Source: Octopus sinensis (lineage: Eukaryota). Taken from it: a DNA stretch of 64,000 nt. The DNA lies in NCBI RefSeq assembly GCF_006345805.1, contig NC_043005.1, forward strand, positions 104,718,001-104,782,000. The letters run 5' to 3'. Below the pieces are notes generated by a model that was not told where the DNA came from, did no database searches, and saw nothing but the letters and a program-made list of their open reading frames with translations. The position numbers and the translations under genes were made by a program. This document shows positions 13,415-26,750 of this stretch, in pieces (position 1 is the first letter of the stretch; each line of letters begins with the position of its first letter).

Positions 13415-15043
13415 GCATCCATAAAATATTGTTAGTCACCTGAGAATAATTTTGTATTTTCTTAAACAATCTTCTCTTTTCTCGAATTAAAAACGAAAAG
13501 ATAATAAGCTATGAATATATAAACATTTATATTTCTCTCAATGATGACTTGTAATTCCAGTTTTTTAGGGCGATATATTATAATTAAAAATACCTTTACT
13601 TAATCAAAGACATCTATGTAAGCAGGTTTAAAAAGAACCATAAATATTACTCGAAAGTCCCTTGCTACTATTTAGTAGTTTAAAACGACTAATGATTTAA
13701 TTAATAATAATAAATTTATGACAGATATTAACTAAAATAAGTTAGATAACTGCGAACTCATAATCGAAGAAAGACAAAATGGCAATTTCAGTGAGGATAA
13801 ACCTCAGGTGTTGATGTCAAGCTTAATAATCTATCTTCTAAATACATCGCGTATGCTATTATATTGTATATACACGATTAATTTTTTTGAGGAACAGAAG
13901 TTTCCAGATCAGAAAATTCCACCTAAGTAAATAAAAAAGAATAAAGTAAAGTCAGTTAAATATGGATTTTAGTTCCATACTGCCATCTGTAGTCAAGACC
14001 TGCTATCAATTATTAATCTGAACTGGATATACACGAGCAAAATGGTATGAAAAGAGGTACAGAGCTTCTCAATAAATGTTAATCATATCACGACTACCTA
14101 TAAAAACAGATTTTGAGCCTAACACGACAGATTGCATAATAAATATAGCGACTGTAAACTGAAGAATGTTACATTGACAGGGCAGAATACCTTATCGTTA
14201 AGTAATGACTGTACCACACTTTTTAGTATGAGCGGAAGGTTTTTACTAGGCAAGTAGCAAAATATAGACAGCAAATACATTATACACTTACATGACATAT
14301 ACACAGACAGAGTTTATGTGAAGTAAGAAAGCTGGTTTTGTTGATTTTAAATACTGATTCATATCAAATTGAAAATGGCGTGTAATTTCAAACTCTGAAA
14401 GGCTTTAAAAGTCTTAGAAACATCGTGTAAGACATTTCACAGGAAGGATAAACAACGAAAATAATATATAATAATTAACAGTGGCATGAAGTGTAGATAC
14501 ACAGCCATAGCAGCGAGGAATACTGGTCAGATGTACCGATGAAAACGTTCGTAAATGCAAATATATGCAAATGTACCGTAAATATCCCTCTGAGACAGGA
14601 TATAAAAGAACGGGCAATACAATGGAATTTACTCGTCCGTCAGGCGAACATATGACATCTAAAATAAATGAGAAAGAAAATGTTAATGGACAACTAATGA
14701 GGAACTTAAAAATCCTTTAGCCAGATCATTGTTTTACATTTATACATATAACCATTGGGGTATTTATTTATGTCACATTTTGTTTGAGCACCAATATTAG
14801 ACAGTTGGCTTTCATAAAGATCAAAGGGAATCGATAAGTCGGTTTGTATATACTGCAGGTTCACTTTGACAGCAACACTGTGAAAATATGCATGATATCA
14901 TAGAAGTGCTACTTTTAAACAATTGCGACGGTTGTCCACCGGATATGGATTCACTACTCACGGAGTCTTTTATTAAAGTTAGGAGATGTAAATATTAAAG
15001 AGACATTGCATTCAAATATACACGAATACGCATACAAACACAC

Positions 15044-15230
15044 CTACCTACATACCAAGCTACCTACCTACCTACTTAAACCTACCCAGCTACCTACCTA
15101 CCTACCTACCTACCTACCTGCCTACCTACCTACCTACCTACCTACCTACCTACCTACCTACCTACCTACCTACCTACATTCATACCTACATACATACATA
15201 CATACATACATGCATACATTCATACGCACA
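15044..15230. repeat. (CTAC)n/(CATA)n
   Basis: Direct. Confidence 0.9.
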
Positions 15231-16501
15231 TTACATTCTTTCGTACAACGACAAATGCTACAAGTAGGAATTGGTGGCACCATGTTAAATCTGTACTGCG
15301 AGTAAAGCTAGAGTGATAAACACATACTTCATCAGTCTTTGAGAATTATTGAAGAGATGTCCAGATTTAGTGAGATCATATCCCATAATGCATTTGTTGT
15401 GCCGGTGCTTGTGCCATTCTTTGAGGTACTAAACATAATGCCTGATACTTGTTACTAAATATCTGATTAATAAAAGATCAAGATAATTCTAGCTGTTGAC
15501 CATGTGATAGAAAATGCTGACTGTGCCGTTTTAGTGTAGGCGATAACATATACATTATTGGCAGCTTCCCCTAAATGTTCACAAAATACTACCTACCCAT
15601 GGCACATGACGTTGTTATGAAAGCAAATTAGAAAACCAGCCGCAGGTGGGATTATACAGACGGTCATACGAAAAACCAGAATAGGTAATATTAGAGGGAA
15701 TTCCTCTGAAAGCAGCAATTTCGTTGTTTTAGAGGACAGACAAGATTAATTCGCTGCTGTATTGTCCAGCAGCTTAGAAGAAATGAATTCCTTTTGTAAA
15801 ATTGTGGATAAAGAAAACACCTATAGTACACTAATGTGAAACTTGAAGCTTTTATGTTCTATAGATTCTCACTTATATATGTAGCATCAGATATTGTAAC
15901 AACGTCTAGAAAAGTCATGGTTTTCCAAGGAAGAACAAAACATTCTCCAAAGCCCAGTGGTTGAGAGAATATTTATAAGCATTACAAAAATTGAATATCC
16001 ATATACACAAAATGTCATATGTGCAGATGGCATGCATACGTACATACATAAAAACATAATCACAAATACTCCAGTCGTATAATAAAAGGATATTACATGA
16101 ACGTCTGTATATACCAACACGAGAAAGTAAATGCCAATGAAAAAAAACCGTCATCACTTTGTTTAGCTTCAATTCGGCAAAGACCTTTAGTAAAGCTAAA
16201 AAACAAAACAAGAGAAACCATGCATCAGTGACACAGGTCGTTAGACTGTGGCAACATTTGAGCAATGTTTTGGAGGGATTTAGTAAAAAAAATATCGGCA
16301 GCACGACATATTTCAGTCTATTTCTTGGTTCGGCCATATCTACTTTTCGAGAGTTGCTAAATTTCAGACCTAATACCAAATTTTTATTGACATTGTGACA
16401 AACATATAAATACCAACAAAAATATGAACATATAGAATGTATATGTATATATATAGTGTGTAATAAGATGTTTAAACGAAATGATAGATGAAAAATAAAG
16501 C

Positions 16502-16752
<251 letters not shown>

Positions 16753-16968
16753 GTATACAGGCATACACACACACACGCATACACACACACGCTATTTAAA
16801 ACAGTATGATTCGACCCCATACGTTTAAAAGTTTTGCAGGCTTCTTACATACGTAGCCCAGATTACAAAATGAAGTAATGCAGAACGTCCAAGGTATATA
16901 TGTGTGTGTATTTCTGTATTTGTGTTTGTGTGTGTGTGAGCACATATATATATGTAGTTACATATAGT

Positions 16969-16999
<31 letters not shown>

Positions 17000-17014
17000 G
17001 CAGGTAGTATATAC

Positions 17015-17145
17015 ATAATCACGAGATTTCGGGTTCAGTCCCACTACACAATACGTTGAACGAACATCTACTATAGCCCTGGGTCGACTAATGCTTTATG
17101 AGTGAATTTGTCAGGCTGAAACTGAGCAGAAGACCGTCCTTTACC
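17015..17145 (+). mobile_element. Degenerate CORE-like SINE fragment
   Basis: CGGGTTCAGTCCCAC...CTACTATAGCC...GAAACTGA matches 49631-49788. Confidence 0.6.
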
Positions 17146-17310
17146 TATATATGCATGTATATATACGCGTGTATGTATATATGTCATTATGTGTAACTTT
17201 GGGTCTGTGTTTTCCACCATTTAAACACAAACACATATATGTATGTGTATATAATTATCATATGTAGATAGATAGATTGATACACACACATATATGCATG
17301 CATGCATGCA

Positions 17311-17344
<34 letters not shown>

Positions 17345-19035
17345 CATACATACATACATACATACATACATACAAATACGTACAAACATACGAGCATGTC
17401 TACATATGCAACTATATGTATGAGAATGCATACATTAAAAATGCGTACAAATCTAGACATATACAGACCCTGTTAAAATTCCAGTGAAGAAGCTTTGCAC
17501 CTAGGTTTGAAACCGGTATTTTTCTATTGGCAAGAAATCTTGAAACTAAACTGAATAATGGCATACATACATATATATACGTAGATTCACACACAATTGT
17601 GCAAATGAGTTTATGTAAAAAGTCAAATGTGTAAAGCACCTGATTAGAAAGGACGTGGGTTGATTACTTCGCTTCACTGTCATTTCAACATACTACATTA
17701 TGAAGAACCACAAGACAAACAGAAAATATTAATTTGAAAACTAGATGTAACTTTGGATTGTTGCCCAAATTATGCTGGGGAAAGGCTGGAGTAAATTGAT
17801 TCGCGCAAGATTATTATCGACGCATCTTGTGTGTATATGTGTATGTGAGCATGTATGTGGTTGTGTATGCGTACTTATAAATATTTGTGTATGTGTGTAT
17901 CTATCTGTGTGTTTTATCGATCTCAGACACGTGGAAAACAAATCGACCCAAACGGGATTTGAGTTCATTGAGGAATAAAATGAAATATTTTAAAGTATTT
18001 AGTCTGGCACCCTGCTATATAACAACAGCAGCAGCATCAACAGCAGCAACAGCAGCAGCAACAACAACAACAACAACAGCAACAACAACAACAGCAACAA
18101 CAACGATAACGACAATAAGGAATAACACCAACAACAACAGCACCAGTAACTACTATCATAACATTTTTTGATAATAATGATAACAAAGTTTGCAAGAATA
18201 ATAGTAATAATAATAATGTACTATTAAAACTTGGAAAAAAGGAAACAAGAACAAAACAATGAAGCGACCAGCAACGACAATATAAAAATAAGGTCATGAT
18301 ACTGATCAACAACATCAAATAATTGGAAAAATATATGAATAAGATAAATATCATCATCATCATCATCAACAAGAACAGCAACACTACCATCACCACCATC
18401 ATCATTTATCATCATTGTCATCATCATTATCATCATAGTCATCCTCGTCGTCGTCGTCGTCATCATCATCATCATCATCATCAACAACAACTTCATTGAT
18501 AACAAAAGCAGACAAAACCAACAAAAAAACATTATAGAAATTATTGTTTTATTAAATTTAATGTTGACTACTGATAAAGTAACCAAACAACGTAGACAAA
18601 ATCTATATAAATAAAGCCTAATTACAAAGAATATTACTCACATAGCTGCAAGGATGAGACAGGCTAAAAAAGGAGAGCTACTCACACCTTAATATTTCTA
18701 TGGGAATTGGTAAAATTAATCAATTTTCATTAAATTTGATAAAAATTATTAAATATTCATTACAACATAGAAAGTGGTGAACACACGTGAACGTGTCTGT
18801 CTCGTCTAGCAGACAGCATGGTGAACTATGGATAGACTAAAGAGAAAATATTTATAAATATACAGGCTTTTAGGCTATACATACATACAAGTGTGTACAG
18901 GGGTGTGTGTGTGTGCGTGTATATATATTTATATATATATATATACATACATATATACATACACACACATACATAAATGTTCATGTGTGTGTAGTTATCT
19001 CGACCTATATTCCGAATTGTTTACAAACCCACACA

Positions 19036-19082
<47 letters not shown>

Positions 19083-19132
19083 ATGCATGTATGTATTATG
19101 TATGTATATATATATATATAATATATATATAT

Positions 19133-19188
<56 letters not shown>

Positions 19189-19505
19189 CACTCAGAAAGA
19201 GAGACAGTGATACGAGTCCAATATATGTGTGCATGTGTATGTGTGTGAGCGCGCGCGTGTCTGCTTTTATTTGTGTTCATATATGTGTGTATATTTATCT
19301 TAATTTATATTCAAAATTGTTTAGCTTCTATAAATATTTCAATTTTTTTTTTAATTTAAAACTTTAATTTACATTCTGTCTGAAATTAAGAATTTATTGC
19401 AAGAATTCAGGGAAATAGATAATTCTTTAAATATAATTTAAAATTTTGTTCCATTATATCGCAACGGTAAATTGAATTTGTACACATCCACACGCACGCA
19501 CATAC

Positions 19506-19544
<39 letters not shown>

Positions 19545-19705
19545 GACAATATATTTATATCTCATATTTTTATAATACTATATTGTATATAAATTCATAC
19601 ACCCTGCACGATAGACATACATACATACATACATACATGCATACATACATACATACATACATACATACATACATACATACATACATACATACATGCCTAC
19701 ATACA

Positions 19706-19741
<36 letters not shown>

Positions 19742-20017
19742 TTCGTGCGTGCATCTATATTTACATTCACATCTGTGTATTTATGTAAGTATAGATATAG
19801 TCAATTCAAATAAACAAGAGTACGTGCACAAGGAATGTATTATTAGCTTGACGTTTAGTGAAAAGAGAGTTTGAAGTTTCGAGCATATTCGTCGGAAAGG
19901 AGAAAGAGAAAAATCCAAAGAAGGAAAAGAAATCGCCTACAGCACGTGTTTTGCTACATTTGCTGAAGTGACACGATATATATATATAGATAGATAGATC
20001 ACAATATTACCACCACC

Positions 20018-20078
<61 letters not shown>

Positions 20079-20081
<3 letters not shown>

Positions 20082-20271
20082 AGATCGTTAGCCACTACAC
20101 ATATTTTACTCTCCTTGTTTCTCTCCTTGTTTTTTCTGTGTTCCTTTCTGTAGAAGAGCGTAGGCTCGAAACATAAAAGGCTTTTTCTATTCCTGTGCGT
20201 TATACTAATACATCTGTTTGTTTTGTACACCACCCGTCTTCGTCTTTTGTTTTTTTTCGTAAACTCTCCTA
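20079..20271 (+). mobile_element. Short Penelope-pLTR-like element embedded in (TA)n
   Basis: ~190 bp of complex sequence between two TA arrays, carrying a hammerhead-like fold. PLE assignment is inference. Confidence 0.55.
20143..20180 (+). ncRNA. Minimal type-I hammerhead-like motif (A6U core variant)
   Basis: CCTTT-CTGTAGA-A-GAGC gtag GCTC-GAAA-CA-T-A-AAAGG: 5-bp stem I, 4-bp stem II. Confidence 0.6.
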
Positions 20272-20279
20272 CATATATA

Positions 20280-20368
<89 letters not shown>

Positions 20369-20536
20369 CATATATGCATATATTTATACGTATGTATATA
20401 TGTTTGTATGTATTTATGCGTATGTGAGGGGATATGTGATACACTTGGTGTCGAAGGGTTATAAAGACCACTGTGCAATTAAACGCCAAACACTGGAAGG
20501 ATTAAACTATCCTATATGTGGAGAGTTAGGTCTTAA

Positions 20537-20650
20537 GGAGGCGAGCTGGCATAGTCCTTAGCACGCCAAATGAAATGCTTAGTTGCGTTTCCTCTGTCTG
20601 TGCGTCGTGAGTTCAAATACCGCCGAACTTGACTTTGCTTTTCAGGGTTT
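20537..20650 (+). mobile_element. Degenerate tRNA-SINE 5' half
   Basis: GGCGAGCTGGCA...GAAATGCTTAG...GAGTTCAAAT...GACTTTGC. Confidence 0.65.
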
Positions 20651-20732
20651 TTGTTTTGTTGTTACTGTTAACAATATTAAGTTGTACATTATTTACATTT
20701 GACGGATATTTGTCTTCATCTTGTTTGTTGTT

Positions 20733-20778
20733 AAAACAATGTTTCGGCTTATATAACCTCCAGCCTTCATCAGGTGTC
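20733..20778 (-). ncRNA. Minimal type-I hammerhead-like motif (intact core)
   Basis: GACAC-CTGATGA-A-GGCT ggaggttatata AGCC-GAAA-CA-T-T-GTTTT. Confidence 0.7.
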
Positions 20779-20846
20779 TTGGGGGAAATTTCGGACTTGA
20801 GTTCTCATTCCTAAATGATTTTTCCAGATTGCTGTTGTTGTTGTTG

Positions 20847-20933
<87 letters not shown>

Positions 20934-20936
<3 letters not shown>

Positions 20937-21008
20937 TCACTGCTTGGAATCGAACTCGGAATCTTGGGGTTAGTAGCCAGTACTCTTAACCACTATGCCA
21001 TATGTCCA
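20934..21008 (-). other. tRNA-Arg(ACG)-like Pol III head (not a functional tRNA)
   Basis: GGACATATGGCATAGTGGTTAAG...CTACTAACCCCAAGATTCCGAGTTCGATTCCAAGC; A and B boxes present; AAGATTCC-GAGTTCGATTCC resembles tRNA-Arg(ACG) as I recall it; stems do not pair fully. Confidence 0.7.
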
Positions 21009-21083
21009 CGGGCATATGGTGTAGTGGTTAAGAGAACTTTGCCCCTGGGCATATGGCGTAGTGATTAAAAGAAATTTCCCTAA

Positions 21084-21129
21084 GACACTTGTTGAAGGGT
21101 GGAGGGTATATCAGACGGAACGTTGTGTT
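21084..21129 (+). ncRNA. Degenerate inverted copy of the same hammerhead-like motif
   Basis: GACAC-TTGTTGA-A-GGGT ggagggtatatc AGAC-GGAA-CG-T-T-GTGTT: core mutated, stems I and III intact. Confidence 0.55.
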
Positions 21130-21959
21130 AACAACAAACAAGATGAGGACAAATATCCGTCAAATGTAAATAATGTAAATAATGTAAATAATGTATATAA
21201 TTCCTCATCTCTTAAATATAGAACAATATTAGGTTGATGAGCTGGCAGAAGCGTTAGCAAGTCGTACATTATATTTAGCAGCACTTCTTCCTGCGTTCAT
21301 ATTATATTGTAGATATTATAACTAAGTGCACGCGCGCACATAGATATAATCTCTCTCTCTCTCTCATGCACACACACACGCACACATATTTTCATATCTC
21401 CCTAATTTATTATCGTTTATCTACTTTCATTATCTATCTTCACCCCTGATTCCACCTGCCTTTACAGCTGACAACTGCTAACTACTAAAGTTCTCATTCA
21501 TTAATTTTCCCCGACCTATCAAACAATAGACTCTAAAATGTCAATACTGTCATCATTTGCACATATTTTCGCCAGCCTCAGCAGAAGTAATCTCCTCACC
21601 CAGACTTGAATTAATGATCAATAGAAGCTACTTATCACTTTTCAATTATCATTCACACCAATCAATCATTTAGAAGGCCAGATATACGTCAACCCCCTAC
21701 ACTCACATTTGTACCCACATCTGCAAACTAAAGCCATTTAAATATACACCCTCTTCCAACTAGTATTGCTTAACCATCTATCAATATCACTATGATAGAG
21801 GTAGTCACAATTCAACATGCATTTTCCTTGTTGCAATTTCCAGTGTTTTCACAATGTTTATTGATGATAACACATTGTATTAAGAGCATGTTCATTTGTA
21901 TTTTCCCCGCCTTTTTCTTTTTCTGAGCGGCCTGAGCAGTTTTAACTAGTATTTTTATA

Positions 21960-22190
21960 AAGCGGTTCAAACAATTTTAAGCCGTCGCCCAATGATCAGC
22001 ACTCTGCACATCAGTTAATGATTAGTAATTTTCTTTTACAGGGTTCAGATAAGATGATCTTAGCCATTAACCCACCGTGTTAATATCATTATCCCTAAAC
22101 AAATTTTCTATACGTTTGGCAGAACGGCAGGTGCACCATCTTGTTGCGATGCAGTAAAACAATGATAGGCATTGTTTAACTCTTGTAAGT
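21960..22190 (-). mobile_element. Tc1-like transposase remnant
   Basis: With frameshifts reads QQDGAPA...SAKRIENLFRDNDI...W.RSSYLNPVKE, resembling the Tc1 DD34E region. Confidence 0.55.
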
Positions 22191-22207
22191 GCGAACCTTG
22201 GATTGTA

Positions 22208-23375
22208 TCAGGTCATCCCATAAGTTCTGTCCGATTTTACCGTTTTTAAAATTGAATGAAATTTAATAGTATTTTAGAATGTCTAATGGAATTAAAAATT
22301 ATTTTTATGCATTTGTGTACATTTAAACTAATTAAATATTATTTTACAGAATAATAGAATTAAAATTTCTTTGAGTAAAACTCTTTTTAACATGGAGGTA
22401 TCCAAAGAGCATTTAAGGCATATAATGCTTTATGAGTACAAAAAAGGAAACTCTGCAGCAGAAGCGACTCGAAACATACACTCAGTTTATGGGAAAGAAT
22501 GCTTGAATGAAAGAACTTGCAGAAGATGGTTTGCAAAATTCAGAAGATGAAGATCGAACAGGACGTCCAATTGAGTTTGATGGTAAGCTCCTTGAGGTAT
22601 TACATGAAGAAAACCCTGCCTTATCAGTTGAAGAATTGGCAATAAAGCTTAATTCAAACCATACAACTGTTCATCATCTTCAACAACTTGGAAAGGTTCC
22701 TAAGCTTGGAAAATGGGTGCCTCATGAATTGTCCGAAAGCAACCGCAAATCCCGAGTTGACATCTGCTCTTCTCTCCAGTCTCACGAACTCATTTCACCC
22801 TTTTTGGATAGACTTACGACTGGTGACGAAAAATGGATCTTCTATCGAAATGTTAAACGTCGTAAACAATGGCTTGGTAAAAGGGAAAAAGCTCAACCAC
22901 AACCAAGAAGGGAACTTCATGTAAAAAAGGTTCTTCTCTCTATCTGGTGGGATTGCATAGGAGAAATTCACTTTGAATTCTTACTACTTAATACAACAAT
23001 CAATACTCAAGTCTACTGCCAGCAATTAGAGCATTTGAACCAAGCTTTGAAGAAAAAAAGACCCGCTTTATTGAATCGAAAAGGAGTGATGTTTCATCAA
23101 GACAATGAACGATCTCACACTGCAAAGGTCACATCACAGAAGATCGAAGAGCTTGGTTGGAAAAAAAGTTCCTCATCTACCTTATTCTCTCGACCTTGCT
23201 CTTTCAGACTACCATTTGTTTCGTAGTTTACAGAATCATTTGGGGGACATAACTTTCGCAAGCCAGGAAGAGGTCGAAACTGACATTTCAGAGCTCTTCG
23301 CTTTGAAACCAAATGAGTTTTACATTGATGGGATTAAAAGGCTTGTAAATAAATGGAAGGAAGTCATAGATAATC
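22208..23375 (+). mobile_element. Mariner (DD34D), frameshifted transposase, 3' TIR absent
   Basis: TA + left TIR TCAGGTCATCCCATAAGTTCTGTCCG; ATG at 22392 (MEVSKEHLRHIMLYEYKKG); WVPHEL, TGDEKW, HQDN, YSLDLALSDYHLF; 34 residues between the second and third D. Confidence 0.95.
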
Positions 23376-23573
23376 AGATAAATTTCCTGATTGTCATCAG
23401 ATTTTTGAGCAGGATTGAAGAAACGTTGAAGATGGATTTCTATTAACAGTTAGTGATAGTAGAGTCAATCTGTGCTGTCTGTAGTTCGCATCTTTGTACT
23501 GATACTACCTCCTAAGAGTAATTATGATGATCAACATTTATAATGACCCCATCCATACGGATGAATATAACAC

Positions 23574-23612
<39 letters not shown>

Positions 23613-24240
23613 CAAGTGTAGTAACAGCTGTAGTAGCAGCAAGAACATCACTATAAGAATATAGAGCAGTGATGTATGAATTGCCAAATGTTTCGCTACG
23701 TTGCAGAATTCAGTTCGATATGGGTGAAGAGACTTCTGCGTGAATAGTATGGTGTGTTCTATGTTAAGGTGGCTCAGCACCAACAGGGAGAGTTTACGGT
23801 GCTGTTTTATGAACCCTGGGTACTAAAGGTTTCACCCAACACTATCATAAATTGTAGAATACGTTCGATGAACATTTGAACAAGTTTACCCAACTATAGG
23901 ATTTGCAAACTGTTTTAGTAGCTATGAAAGGGCAATAGTAGCAGTAACAACAACAACAATAGGAACATCAGCAGCACCAGCAGCCGTAGCAGCAGCAACA
24001 AAAACAAAGACAAAATGAACAAAAGCAAAAACGACGACGTCATGAACAGCAACAAAATACAGCATTCAATGAAACCATTGGCCGCAAAATATGGCTTAAG
24101 TAGGTTAGGTTTTCTCTCCTTTTTCCTGATGATCAGCCTTTTCCTTACTTTTTTTATTCATCTGCATCACCATCATCGTCATCGTCACAATATTACCACC
24201 ACCACCACCACCACCACCACCAAAAACATCAACAACGGCA

Positions 24241-24271
<31 letters not shown>

Positions 24272-26477
24272 CTTCTTCTTCTTCTTCTTCTTCTTCTTCT
24301 TCTTCTTCTTCTTCTTCTTCTTCATTATCCACTCCAGTCCTTTATCCATTCATCCCCTAATATTCTCACCCTTCTCCTAAATTCTATAAAATTATTCAAG
24401 TTTTCCACTTGACCGATTCCGACAGGATTTTACGATTAGAATTCTCTACATGTCACTGTTGACAGAGGTCTCCCTTTCTCCGTTTCTTCTCCCCCTCACT
24501 CCCCCCTCTCTCTCTCACTCCAATCACAGAGCCACGTGGAGCAGGTGGTAACGGTATAGTGCTGCCAATGTTGGTTTTGTAACTTTTACTGTTGTTGCAG
24601 TTACTAATGATGATGATGGTAATAATGATACTGCTTCTGCTGCTGGTTCAAATGGTGATGATAATGCGATGTTTGTCCACATTCTTCATTTTATTATTGC
24701 TGTCCTCATCTCTATTGTTAACCAGGTTGTAGTAGTTGTTCATATGAAGTAGTTTTATTGTGTGAAATCGTCTGTATTGTTTTCCTCATTAATTTTGTTA
24801 CTGTTGTTGCTTTTGTTGTTGTTGTACCATAAGAAAGACGGAGAAAAGGGGAAGAAAAAAATTCAAGGAGATCTGAATGTTTGACCCAGTTTCTGTTTTT
24901 TTATTCAAAACATTATACTTGACTTTTTTTGCTATTTATAGCACTCAGAAAGGTATGAATGTCACAAGCTCCCGTTTTCTTTTGTCATAATAAAAACTTT
25001 ATGTCTATGCATAGACAAAGGCTATAAATACGATGAGCTTTTCTATCGTCATCGAGGTATGAGTACTCAATAAGAGTCGGATCTCACTCGATTTTCTCAA
25101 AGCTATGATACAAACTGATCATTTGGGACGATTAAATTTTGTGGTGGAAACGATCGTTTGTCTAAATTTTAAACACTGGGAATATGCGAAGATATTTTAT
25201 ATCAATAAGTATTGCTTCAAGATATTTATTTTGCTATTGACTCGAGCCCAAATTCATCAAACCGTTTCTGATTTTCTATTGAAGACAATTTCTTTCTCTA
25301 TGAGCGCTAACATCCATTGGAAAGGCATATATGTCACAACAACTAGTTCACTTTCATCCAATATGTGAGTGGACAGAGACATACTGTATATAAATGGAGT
25401 GTCATTCAACGTCAGATATATTATATTTTCCGACATATAAGTTGAATTTTTCAGACCAGAATTTTCAGCACAAAATGCTAAGTCGACTTATACGCCCAAA
25501 CATCCATATGAAATACAGCAGGATATAGAAAAATAGTGATATCTCCCAATGTTTACTCTACATGTTTACACTGTGCTATGTCGACTTGTATTCAGAAAAC
25601 ATTTGTATAAATTTCAAACAAAGAAGTTGAGATATTTGGAAGCCTCGTCGTCACAAGAGTTGACCATGCCGTTACTGGATCATATTTACATTGGATAAAA
25701 TTTAATTCTTGTTTTAGATTGCAATAGTTATCTCATAAAAATTCACTACTATTAAATATCATAATTAACTTTCATATTACTGTACACCTATGTTTACTTC
25801 GTTATTTAAGTTCTACAATAATTTGTAATTTAACGGTCATAAAAATTATATGTCCCATAGTTATAAAGTCATAAAAAAGTAAAACTTCAGTTGAAAAGAG
25901 TGTTTTGATAAATCAATACAATGTATACTGGTTTTATGAAGTTTCTTTCAGAATACAGGAAGTTGAGACTAAATATATGAATAACACACGCTCTAAAACA
26001 TACTCACAACATCCTACCCACACAAACCTACACGTATTTACACGACTCTGTAGATTTCCATCTACATATGTAATTTTGCGCAGGTGCTTTTTTTTAGTAT
26101 TTTATTTTTCACTATTTTTAAATATTTTATATACAATGATTGATATAATTGTTATGATCGTTAAATTGAAAATTATTATAAACCATAAAAAAGTGATATC
26201 TATGTTTATAGCCAAACAAATTAATAGTGCTATTAGTGTGGTATTGCAGTAAAACTATTATGTGATAGATGAAATATATATTAAGAAGTAAATTTTGAAC
26301 GCATATTGAGACTAGTTAGAGGTCAAACCAAGCAGTCTGTAGTCTGTCTGGTTTGGTTAGAATCTACAACTTTCGAGAAAACGTCTAGACCTATATGCAT
26401 ACTTATACATACCTATATTCAGACACACATATGTATATACTGTATATTCATACATACGTGTATATATGCATACACAA

Positions 26478-26532
<55 letters not shown>

Positions 26533-26748
26533 CCCTTTCGTTACTGTATTTATTTTGAGATGCTCTGTGTTTCTTTCAGTTACTTTAAATATAACAAATA
26601 CTTTAGTAAAATAACTTAGTTATCATTAAGCTAGTGTTAGAAACATAAACTGTGACTAAGGTTTGGTGGAAGATTTTAATTCAAAACTTATGAAAACAAT
26701 ACATTTGTACTCAGAGCCAGAGCCGGTTTCAGCCAGGTTGGTACCAAA
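26533..26748. mobile_element. piggyBac-like MITE, right end disrupted by the mariner
   Basis: Starts CCCTTTCGTTAC; ends GGTTGGTACCAAA (partial inverted match) just before the mariner TA. Confidence 0.45.
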
Positions 26749-26750
26749 TA

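Larger units (their letters stand above)
20680..21221. mobile_element. Head-to-head composite: tRNA-like head + (AAT)n + hammerhead-bearing pLTR-like tail, 10-bp TSD
   Basis: Inverted arms 20685-20792 and 21071-21195; central hairpin 20983-21034; AACAATATTA at 20670-20679 and 21222-21231. Confidence 0.75.

Noticed and set aside
17481-17525. Hammerhead-like GTGAAGA...GAAACCGGTA
   Set aside because: Core starts with G, stem II is poor and stem I does not pair; at most a relic.
20934-21008. Functional tRNA gene
   Set aside because: Acceptor and anticodon stems do not pair properly; it is an element head.
25418-25500. pogo/Tigger-like terminus (TATTTTCCGACATATAAG...GTCGACTTATACG)
   Set aside because: No matching second TIR found; too weak to call.
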